Assembly: GCA_964016885.1 (NCBI GenBank)
Contig: OZ024746.1
Coordinates: 36,766,001 to 36,830,000 of the forward strand
DNA length: 64,000 nt
Reading direction: 5' to 3'
Source: Eledone cirrhosa
Taxonomy: Eukaryota
The notes under the pieces were generated by a model. It had not been told where the DNA came from and did not search any database. It saw nothing but the letters and a program-made list of their open reading frames with translations. A program made the position numbers and the translations under genes. The stretch's first letter is position 1, and each line of letters begins with the position of its first letter. Positions 11,828 through 23,170 of the stretch are shown in pieces.

Positions 11828-13736
11828 CTACCTTTCTGCCACCCGGGGTTCGAGTCGCACGACTTCCATGGGGTCGGGGGTGTTGGGTGAAGGGGTATCT
11901 TGTGGTGGTGTGGGGTCGTCAGTGTGTGGTGGGTTTGGGGTGTTTGGAGTTGTGTTGGGGAGGGGAAGGGGAGTGGGAAAGCTTTTTAGTAGGACACGGT
12001 TTATGGGTTTGACAGAGGGTGGTCCTACGTCCTCCTTAAAATCCTTTTTTAGTTTTTGGTAGAGGTTCATTGGGATCTTTATTAATTTTAAATGTGGGTA
12101 GTTTTCTGAAGAAACAAAGTTTACACCTTCGGTTTGTACCGAAGGATTATTGTTTATGAGTTCATTTAATTTATTATTGTTTCTGTTGATGTAAGTATAG
12201 TGTAATGTCTTTTTTTCGGATGGTGTGAGTGTTTCGAAGAGGGGAGGGGCAGGTTTGGTTTTGTTTGTTGCTGGAGGGGTGTTTTGTGTTCTGTTGGATT
12301 GTGTTGACATTTGGGTGGGGGTTGTTTGGCCTTGTGTGTTTTGCACATGTTTTCTTTTTTTTTCTTTTAATCTGTCTGAGGGACTCCGTTTCTTCCTCCG
12401 AATTCGTTGGGTTATCTTCAGTGTTGGAGGGAAGAGGTATGTTTGCTGGTAATGTTTCCGTGTTGGTTTTCCTTGTGGGGGAGATGGATGTCACTATGTT
12501 AGACTGTGTTGTGTGTTGTGGCTGCGGTGGTTGTGTTGTTTTATTGAGTGAGGGGTTGGGTGGGCCTGTATTTTGTTTTGGGGTAATGTGTTGTGACTGT
12601 TTGTGTTGTGGTGGTGGTGTAGTTTTACTGAGAGACGGGTTGGGTGGGACTGAATTTTGTTGTTTGTTTATCTGTTGTGGTGGTGGTGGTGGAGCTGGTG
12701 TTGGTAGCAGGGTTTTCTTTTTGTTGAGTTGGGGACAAGCGGCATTCAGGTGCCCTCTTCCTGCAGAGATATGACAGGACGGCCTTCTCCCCTCCACGCT
12801 AATGTTTATATACCCGTGGCCCTCTAATAGGATTATGTCGGGTATTTGGGCGATGCGTTCAGGCTTCATTTGCACTACCAGCTCTATACCTGTTCCACTG
12901 AACTTATTGTCTGTGGTTTTCCCAATGGAAATCACGTTGTCATTCACTGGATCGATGAAGCCAGCTATGAGCCAGCAGTAGTCCACATCTGGCATCATTA
13001 TCCAGCCATATGCGTTGAGTTCTTCTACCCATATAACATGGATAAAAGGTAAAAATGTTCGAACGAATCGGTGACAAAGGACATCTTTTTGCCACCGATT
13101 CGTTCTTCATAATAATCGCTAGGCTTCCATACAGTCTGTCTTTTCTTATGAAAGTGGTTTCATTAAGTACTTCTGTAAGTACTGTTTTGATTTCTGTTTG
13201 AGTTGGCTGTTCAGTTTTTTTGAAGTGTTGTTGATGGTGCGGAAAATGGCCGTTCGACTTTCAATGTCTTTGGTGAGTTCTTGAGGCATTTTTACCGATA
13301 AAATACCATTCTCTCCTTCACCTATGTATTGTTTGGCGTCTGATATTCTTTGTGCCACATCTGAAATATTTTCAGGTATATATGACAAAGATTTCTTTGT
13401 TGTTTGTGCAAATGAAATATTGTTGGTGTTGACTTTGTCGTCTGCTTTGCTTTCTGTTATGATGTTGTTTTCAAATGTTATTTTTGTGTTTGTTGTGTCT
13501 TTGTTTGTGGTATTAATATTGTCATGCAATTTTTCAAATTTTTTTTTTTCGTTGTTGGAATCCATGTCCAGATTTGTGTTTTCGCCATTTTTCTCCGCAG
13601 ATTCGTCTGTTTTTATTTTATTTTTTCATTCCTTCTCTATGACGTTAGTTGGGAAGGAAGGGGGGACTAAATCGTGCGAGCTTATAACTCTTACCGCTGT
13701 CCCCCCACCACTATATTCGTTAGCTTCGTTTAACAT
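11828..13736 (-). pseudogene. Tx1-A ORF1 (gag-like), disrupted
   Basis: VEGRRPSCHISAGRGHLNAACP (degenerate CCHC), Pro/Thr-rich tail and LKKDFKEDVG motif shared with ORF1 of families B and C; start approximate. Confidence 0.8.
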
Positions 13737-13965
13737 TTCTGTCAGACTATTGAAATTTTTTTTTTGCCACAAAACTTTTAAAAATAGGTTTTTCACCCCT
13801 AGGAGGGGTAAAGATGAGCTGACCCACCGCCTGACAGTTCAGACGGGGGGTCAAGCTACACAATAGTATCAAAATTAAAATTGAACTTACAAAATTTCCG
13901 CAATAAATTTGAACAAAACTTCTGCGCGAAGTGAATTACATTTACGCTGTAGAACAGACGACAGC

Positions 13966-14050
13966 TAGATTGATAGATACATAGATAGATAGAATTATAG
14001 ATAGATATGTTGATAGATAGATAGATACATAGATAGATATATAAATAGAT
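13966..14050. repeat. (TAGA)n at Tx1-A 5' flank
   Basis: Read directly. Confidence 0.85.
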
Positions 14051-14319
14051 ATAAAGGGGGGTGCGTGTGTATGTGTGTCTTCCTGTGTGTGTATGTATGT
14101 GTGTATGTCTTTCTATGTTTATATCTTGCTTCATATATATCCATATGGGGTATGGCTGAATAGTCTGTAGATATGTTTGTATTCCGCCTCTTGTCATACT
14201 CATGCAAATGACCTATCGTAATTTTATAACAATTTACAATAATACTGAGAATTTCTACTTTATTTACCCTCCTCATTCAGTAATCTCAACGGATTGGTAA
14301 TATAAATCACCAATAACGA

Positions 14320-14392
14320 ACTGGTGTCGATTTAATCGATTTCCCCTCCTCCCAAAATGTTGGCCTCTTGCCTGAATCTGAAACCATTATTA
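14320..14392 (+). mobile_element. SINE 3' fragment
   Basis: ctggtgtcgatttaatcg...ttggcctcttgcctgaatctgaaaccattatt resembles the SINE tail. Confidence 0.5.
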
Positions 14393-17300
14393 GACTATTT
14401 CTGATGTCAAAAATACTGCAAATCTACTAAGTCAATTCAATTATTAAATATTAACGTCAGCTTGAAATCACGCGAGATTTAATAACAGCAATCAATTTAA
14501 ATCATTGCTACATGTGTTTTCCACGAATGTCTAGCGCATTGCTAGATGCATCTTAATTTCCTTCAAGTGGGTATATGTATTCCGATCCTACGTTAGTCTT
14601 TCACATATTTCTCATGTAGAGTATTTGATAAGTAATTTATATTAAATAATGATATGGTCATATATTCCAGTATGTGATTTCCGTGTAATTATTCATTAAT
14701 TAATGATGTTTGACTAAGGTGTGAATGAATTGTACCATTCACGTGACTTTTCCATGTTCTGCTTGTGATAATTCATATTTCTTTTCCTTGATTAATCAAT
14801 ATGATGTGACAAGAAGTAAGTAATTTTTTTTAGTTTTGTCTCCTAATATTTTGTTGTATGTAGTGTCGCAACTATTATTGTTAATTTAGTTTTAATGCTT
14901 AACCTGAGAAATTCATTAATATATTTCCTTCTTGAAAAGGTTTCTTAATACACGTCTTAATACACAGGGATATGTTGGTTACTCTCGCACAAAGAAGGCG
15001 CTAACAATTGTTACAGAAATTATCATTGATATTTTTGTGGTTAATTCCTATTTATACCATTATTGGTAAATTGTAAACATTTCTTGACGGAAATAGTTAC
15101 TATGCAAGACTCTAATGCTAATTAGAAAGATCATACGTTGTCAGCCACCAAGATATATCATGGAAATGCGTGACATTGTAACTAAAAACTTAGGTTCAGC
15201 AGAGAAAATATATCCATGACACATTAAACAATAAATAGCAAAATAAACTTGAAATCAGGAATTTATGTTACCGATAACATAGATGATTTTAATACGATTT
15301 TCAGTTTTTAGGTTTACCTAAACCCATGAAATATATGAACCGAAACAATATAATATAGATTTTAAATTATAATATAAAAGAATCGATTTAAAAGGGGAAA
15401 CGACAAATAGTCAACAAATTAAGAACTTTCCGCAAGAGACACGTGCGTGTGCATGACCAGATAAGAACCATGAAGGATATAATGTATATATACGGCAATG
15501 AAATAATTTCTTTTGCACCAAGATGGAAGTGATTGAAGGCAGATTTATTAATCCTACCCACTTTCAGTTCAGGCAGATGAAATTGCGCTCGATCCCCATA
15601 AACTTACGTCTAAATAAGCATTCAAACAAACAACTTGGCATCACATCAGGGCTATGCATGACATAGAGGCCACATTGGTCCTCTTTATAAATATTATATC
15701 TGAATGAAAATCATTAAACACTCATCACGAAATAAAATAGATGAAAGTTAACAACAAAACAAAAGTAATAATATCAATGACATCACATATTTAATATGTT
15801 TGAACAGTTATTCTCTGAACCTCCTCCTCGGCTCCTCCACACTCTCTAAAGCCTGAAGTAGTCCCAAATTATCTTCAAAGCTCCCTGCACATTTCCAATA
15901 CAATTACAACACCTGGATGCAAAACAGATCCATATCATCTCAAAACTGAACAATTGTTTTGTAACATACCTAAGCGATTTTCCTTTTCTATAGGGACGCC
16001 AAAATAATTCATCCTCTTCACATCGTAACGAGGCATACTTGCCACTAAATTACTAAGATAATATTAATGGAATAAACCCTCAAATTGGGTGGTGTTTGGA
16101 AGGAAAGCACCGTCTATATATCTACTAGAGGCTCCCAATTCAATCAATTTAAGCTTTCAAACGTCATCCAGAAATATATGCCCGTAATAGGAAAAGTTCT
16201 CGCCGGTAAAGCATGAAAGTTAATTACAGCTCATTGAATTCCCTCTAAATTGTTTGTATTCTCTCACCGCAATTGTATCATGTATATTGTTATCTACGAC
16301 TATAGGGTTTTTGAGAGTATCCTTCGTTAAAAAAGTGTATCATTTAAAATTGTCCTAGATATTAAGTCATTCCAGATCTCAAATGAGAGTTTTGCTTGAA
16401 TACTAAGTCAATTCTCCTTCCCACTGCTTCTCCAACCAGCCTAACATCGAGGCATACATATGAGGTAATGAACATTGTAAACTTACATAATCAGATTTAT
16501 CCTTCCCAGTAATTAGAATTCATCTCTCAGTCATGTATTCCATTTAATATTCATACTACAAATGTATATAAGAACACTTTACAAAAGCTTTCTCATCCAT
16601 AACTACAGCTTCATTAACCAAGTTGCTATCTACAATATATCCATCTACACGTATAGGGCGTGTTATGTAATATAAACAATAAGGTAAAACATTTGAATAC
16701 GCATATACCTTTTCAAAATATATATATATATATCTAAAGCCGACGTCATGCATAAGTCTCTTAAACATAAAACCGGTAACCTGTAAACCGACATTACCAT
16801 GTACATCCATTTAACATTAAATCTATAACCCCTACACCTCACGAAATTAGCCACCACCTTATCCAAATACATAGCAATGTACCTATCACAAAATACAACT
16901 TCAGATTTAATTTGAAATGACACTTCAAAAGCAGCCAAACGTATCTTTAGCCAGGTCACAAACCACTTCATTCCAACCTTCAAATGATACATGTATAAGT
17001 GTGTCTGTGTATATGTGTTATTATATATGTACGTGTGTGACTGTAATATATATATGCCTGTCTGTGTATGAACATGTGTAAATGATCTAGTGAAATGAAA
17101 AAGCAGTTTATATATAGGCTCATATACATTTTTTTGAATATATATGTTTATTTATTGTTGGGATGGAGCTGTTAAATCGACGTGTAGACTCAGTCCAGCA
17201 AACAAAATCTTAAACGTATTGTATTTTTTTAATATTATCCCTTTTCCGGAGAACACAAATTATACACTTTGATTTAGATGGAATTTGAATGCAGGTATTT

Positions 17301-18281
17301 CAATCTTATATGTCGTGTTCTTCATCGAAAGTTTCTTAATTTTCCTAAGCTTGACATATGAACTGGTCATCATGAAGCTCGTGATGCTACGTTTAAATGG
17401 TAGTGTTGCTAACCTACCTTTGTGTTAGTTTTAATCGGCAAAATGATAGCAATATATGGTTCATTTCATTGGTCGAGAAATGGCGTTGTACATTACGGTT
17501 TTTGGCGAGGCTTTGTTTATTCCATTTAGTCAATGAAGTAGCGGCGGAAGCGGTGATATTATTGTCAACTTTTGTTTGATTGTTCCTATTCATTTCTTCC
17601 AAAAGGCAAAGTATAATACAGAGGGATAATGCCTGATTCCCTAGCATTTCCCTGGCTGCATCTAGATGTAATAGAAGAATACGGCACTGATAAGCACAAT
17701 TAAGCTATATAATGTGTCGGAAAAGAAGTCATATTGCGCTAACACAAATGAAAACAACACTGGAATTAGATAATTATGTGAGCAAAAATTGCCTGTCTTT
17801 GATGAACATAGACACACGCAGAGAATAATATAAATAAAACCAAAATCATAAAAAAAACATATATGAGTTGTTTATATGTGTGGATATGTATGAAGGCAAG
17901 TAATTAAGACTGAGGTTAGTGACCTCTAAAGTATGCAAACTATCAAATACCTAGACATAAAGAAAGTAACATTAATCTCAGGCGTGAAATCGTATTATCT
18001 AATTGTCCCTTACTGCGTTTCCTAGCATCTTCCATCATCACCGGAAAACTCATGTCATGATATTTTGTTCGTCTCCAGTTAATCGTCCCAAGGTTATTCC
18101 TTTTGGGGGCTATATCTCCTTCGTTGATATTTCATAGCATCAGAGTCTTTGGAGCAAGTAGTTATATTGCTTAAAAGGACGAAATTTCAGTTGAGTCTCG
18201 CAAAGTAACAGATGCCAGGAGTGTACTTGCCTATCTGGTGTATTTAAATATGTAAGTGTGTGCCTGTGTGTGTCTATTTAT

Positions 18282-18422
<141 letters not shown>

Positions 18423-18563
18423 AAAGAATAGAGGCGTAACAAACAAGTTATTATATATTGGTGAACGGAATAGAAAATGCTGACAGATTGTTCACAGTGA
18501 AAAATAGTTTAATTAGGAATAAATGAGAATTAGTAATTGTATTGGATAGTATTCAGTTTTGGT

Positions 18564-18723
18564 TTTAAGTTTTACCGGTTGCGCATTTCTAAATGCCTTT
18601 CAAAAATAATTTTGAGACAGAGCGTCCGTGATGTTTGCTCAGATAAGAGCAAACATCACGGACGCTCTATCTCAAAATTATTTTTGAAAAGCATTTAGAA
18701 ATGCGCAACCGGTAAAACTTAAA
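18564..18723. repeat. Near-perfect palindrome (77-bp arms, 6-nt loop), probably PLE-derived
   Basis: tttaagttttaccggttgcgc...gatgtttgctc AGATAA gagcaaacatc...gcgcaaccggtaaaacttaaa. Confidence 0.92.
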
Positions 18724-19077
18724 GACATATCTTCTAACACTCACACACACATACTTACACCTTCACGTATTCTCCAACACACTTAAACATACATGTATAA
18801 AACCCCTTTTAAAGTAAGACTACTCTGTATCCACCTGACCTTCACTCTTTGACATTAGATATAGAACTCTATACCATTTCCTGTCAGCATGACTTGGCAA
18901 GCTATTTAGAACACTGGTTTAACCGCTTTACTTCCATCCGAAGAAGAGATATTATCTCGAAAATTAAGGACATTTAAATAAATTTAAGGGAAAAGACTAA
19001 TTGTCAACAATATCTTTTGCATTTGCATTTATATTCTATTTCCATACATGCATTGTTTTGGCTTTACAAATACAAAC

Positions 19078-19125
<48 letters not shown>

Positions 19126-20347
19126 CTATATACATACATCCATCCATACATACATACATACATACATACATACCTACATACATACATACATACATACGTA
19201 CATACTTAAACGTAAAGAAGGAAGGAGGAGGAAGAATAAAATCAAAAAATGAATTTACCGTAAAATTCCACACCCTTAATAATTGTTACTCAATTGTTTA
19301 CTGTACTTATCTTCTTTCTCTTTCTTCATTCTTTTCTAATTCCAAGGAAAGTCATATTAAATATATTTTGCTTTTCTATGAAGTTTACTTTCTAAACAAT
19401 TACCTTTAAAGATTTTGGTGCAAAGTATAATTATGTTCTCTCTTTTCTAATTCATATTCCTTTTGTATTATGTTTGATACCCTTTTATATTTTTGTGTTT
19501 TTCTTTTCAGATTCTTATATAGATTTTTATTTATATTTACTTGAATGATTAAATTATTTGCTTACATTTAATTATATTTTACAACCTCATCATCATCATC
19601 ATTACCATCTTAATCTTTTTCGATACCGGTTACGTCAGTATCTGCATCTTCAACGCCATCATAACTATCATCATCATCGTTATAATCATCATCTTCATCA
19701 TCATGCCCATCATAATCATCATCCTCATCGTCATCATCATATTAATCATCATATTTATCAACACCATACTATTTATCATCTTTATCGTCATAACAATCAC
19801 TATAATTCTCATCGATATCATTTATATTTACTTCAAACCGGTGAGTATTATTAAACTATATGCTGTCGTTATAGATAATTGTAAATATTTTTGTTCCATA
19901 TTCCAAACGAGTGTTTTATTTGCAATATTAATTCCAACTGTCAGACTAAATCACCGTTTCACTCCATTTTTGATTACGTCATGAAATGTCATTTTGCAAT
20001 GATTGCAAATCTGATCAAAATAAATACACGTATTAAGACGCTAATATAAGTTTCGAGTAGCTAAATTCATAACACACACACGCACACACACACACAGATA
20101 CACACACGCACACACACATACATACGCACATGCACACACACACGCGGGCGCGTGCATACGTGCATACGTATATATGTGTGTGTGTGCGTGTGTATGTGTG
20201 TGCGTGTGTGTGTGTGCTCGTGTATGTTATATGTGTGAGACAGAGAAAGATGGAGGAAATGGAATATGTATAAACGAGATATTTATAAAAACACTAAGCA
20301 TACATACACTCATCCAAATACATTTTTACACAATAAAGCACAATATG

Positions 20348-20477
<130 letters not shown>

Positions 20478-20573
20478 GTGGTGGAACACTGGAAGGTAAT
20501 ATCCGTAGTGGTAGGGCGCTCAGTCCAAGGATAGGTTAGGTAGAAGTGGTTACACAACAGTTAGTTCACCATA

Positions 20574-20613
20574 CCGAGAACAATTGTTTCACCTTAGCGG
20601 ATCATCAGCTCAG
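20574..20613 (-). ncRNA. Type I hammerhead ribozyme in 3' terminal repeat
   Basis: Minus strand ctgag-CTGATGA-tcc gctaa ggt-GAAA-caattg-TT-ctcgg; intact core, palindromic stem III, weak stem II. Confidence 0.75.
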
Positions 20614-21348
20614 AATAGGCATGGTTATAGGAACAGGAAGAACCCTTCTAAGTATGGCCTTACCGACTAGTCCCTTATCTGTGCGTGCCGGGTTTATTAG
20701 CCTACATGTGGGGTTAGAAGTAAAGTCTACCTTGTGATCTTTCAGGGCGATGAACGCCTCCCGCTTAGCTAGAGATTGTAGCTTCTTATCTACCTTAAGG
20801 TCGGCGGCAAGTTCCATGGCTTCTGTATCAATGTCGTGGTAGGCCATAGGGTTAGCTTTCTTATGTTTAGAAGTAATAGCGTTATGGGCCAGGTGGCGGA
20901 AAATGGTGTTGTCGACTTCGTAAATATTATTAGTTTTGTCGGAAAGGACGAATGTGTCATTAGAAGACCTAAATTTCTTAATATCGTTTCTGAGTTTCGT
21001 TTGAAATGTGTTAGTGTGTTTGCGAAAGGAAATGTTAGCGACTAAGTCAAGAAGGTCCGTCTCGAAACGAGCCAGTACAGTTACCTTAAGAGGGTAGGTT
21101 CTCGATTTCAGGTTGAAGGTGTTGTTGGTGCCTGTAATTTTGCTGTCGAAAGCTAGGGCTCGCCATCTTAAGCGTCTGACGAAATCTTCCGCTTTTTGTA
21201 GGAGGAGCTTTTGGTAAACATGGTTGGAGAGGGTTGGAATGTTCTTTAGGGAGTAATCCAGTTCGTATAAATCCATACTGACGTTGATGAGACGCAAAAT
21301 TGTGTAGGACACGAGGATATATAGAGCGCTCTCAGGGTAGTAAGCCAA
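20605..21348 (-). pseudogene. PLE polyprotein N-terminal fragment, truncated before the RT catalytic core
   Basis: YSLKNIP, RRLRWRA, SDKTNNIY and AFIALKDHK..F..NPTCRLINPA are motifs typical of PLE RTs. Confidence 0.85.
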
Positions 21349-21534
21349 ACTCGCACGTGGTGAAGAATCTGCTAAAAGCCAAACGTCTACGTAGTGAAAA
21401 GAATCCGCTGACCGGTGCTGCAGACGTAATTAGTGGTGGAACACTGGAAGGTAATATCCGTAGTGGCAGAGCGCTCAGTCCAAGGGACGAGTTAGGTAGA
21501 ATAGAAGTGGTTACACAACAGTTAGTTCACCATA

Positions 21535-21574
21535 CCAAGAACAATTGTTTCACCTTAGCGGATCTTCAACTCGG
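21535..21574 (-). ncRNA. Hammerhead motif in 5' terminal repeat (core C3>U)
   Basis: Minus strand ccgag-TTGAAGA-tccgctaaggt-GAAA-caattg-TT-cttgg. Confidence 0.65.
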
Positions 21575-22119
21575 AATGGGCATGGTTATATATATATATC
21601 GTTTTTGAATTTTATTGGCAGCATGACCCTTCCAAAGTATAACAGTGTGGATGTGTGTGTGTATATGTGTGTTTGTGTGTGTGTAATGTATATAAAATTT
21701 TAAATGTGTTAATGCATGATTATGCAACAATTCAAATGCAAAAAAACATGTTTATTATGAAATCCATCACATGGTTTATTCTTAATTTTATTTTCAGTAA
21801 GGGGCTTCGATAGTCGCACTTTGTTCTCTGCTCTTTATCTAAGAACGAAGAAAACATGTGCGTTATCTCTAGTACTGGAAGACAGTGTTTTCCTTGTATA
21901 AGGGCATGTTTTCAAACCATTGCTTATATACTTTTAACAGCGCAAGAATAAATGGACTGGAGTTCAATTTAGACTTAATCCTTTGCAAAAAAACTGTAAA
22001 ATTCATAAATCTATGAACTTCTTGTTATCGCTAACTGTGATCCATGAAAACGGAAATGCTGATGGAGAAAAATAGAAAAATAGTTAACAAAACAGCTGTC
22101 CAAGTTAGCATTTCATTTT

Positions 22120-22790
22120 ATTGATACTGTTGTTTCGCAATTGGTGTTTACATTGGGGAGATGAGCTCTTTCTTCCATAAAGTGAATTTTTATTGTTCTG
22201 AGTTCAATCTGAATCCCATTCTGATCGTGAATTACGTCAACAGCGTTCCTTTTTACCTACATATTCCTACTTATACCGCCTATCGATGGTAATTGTTTAT
22301 GTATTCTCCTGTATTGGATTGTGTTGGTCAGTATTCTGTACGTCTTTTACGGGGGATATTTGTTGCGCTTTGTTGTTTACTTTTCTGCTATAAATATTTT
22401 GGTTCTCCCTCCTTGATTTAAAAATTCAATGATATTATGCCGGTTAATTGTGTTTTCGTTTTGAATTCGATGCTCTGTTTCAATGTTTTATATATTGTCT
22501 TTTGTATTAATATATATTCTGGAGGATTGGTTAATTTGTTGAGTTCATGTTTTAAATCATGTTGCGAGTTATTTTCTTCCATATTGTGTCTGTTTATAAT
22601 GCCGTACTTTCATTTCAAGTCGTGGTATAGTTTTGGAATTTGAATACAGAATAGAAACATACCTCTGGTGTCCACATATATCTTTCAGTGTTACATCTGA
22701 CCCTGCGTTCAGAAGATCATCCTCCTTGACGGGGTAGGGATATTCCCTTCTATAATTTTACATTCTGCACGCATAGGTTTTCGTATTATA
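22120..22790 (-). pseudogene. Degraded PLE GIY-YIG C-terminal relic (tentative)
   Basis: Minus-strand KKELIS.QCKH resembles the PLE terminal LNKRxELISKCRH motif; otherwise heavily mutated. Confidence 0.3.
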
Positions 22791-22914
22791 TCTTTAAATT
22801 CAAATTGTCGCTCTCCTTAGAATTATGCGGTTGGTTTTTGTTAGGTTTTTAGTTCTAGCGTTCGTCTTTGATTGTTGTTTTCTTTTTAGTCAACATTTAT
22901 TAAGTACAGGTTTT

Positions 22915-23170
22915 CATAATCTGAGAAGTGGTATGAGCATAAGCCAGAGTCGGTGATAGAAAACGATCAGGTGAAGGTGCTGTGGAATTTTAGGATGCAG
23001 ACGGACAAGAAACTGGAACACAATAGACCTGACTTGGTGGTTTTGGACAAGGAAAAAGGATACTGCCTGATTGTTGATGTGGCCTGCCCATTCGACACGA
23101 GAGTGCAAGAACAGGTGAGGGAAAACATTAACCGATAAAAGGACTTAAATTGGGAGGTAAAAACGATTTG
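22915..23170 (+). mobile_element. R4/Dong RLE-domain fragment (same family as 46200-49720)
   Basis: LWNFRMQTDKKLEHNRPDLVVLDK..CLIVDVACPFD is nearly identical to 49190-49440. Confidence 0.9.

Larger units (their letters stand above)
8155..13965 (-). mobile_element. Tx1/L1-clade non-LTR retrotransposon, family A, near full length, degenerate
   Basis: ORF1 with degenerate zinc knuckle followed by APE-RT-CCHC ORF2; AATAAA at the 3' end (8155-8160 on minus); (TAGA)n on both flanks. Confidence 0.92.
20478..21590 (-). mobile_element. Internally deleted Penelope-like element with ~150-bp direct terminal repeats
   Basis: Direct repeats 20478-20628 and 21432-21590 enclose a PLE ORF N-terminus; flanked by (TA)n. 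Confidence 0.85.

Noticed and set aside
19558-19984. His-rich or Met/Ile-rich ORFs
   Set aside because: Degenerate (CAT)n repeat.
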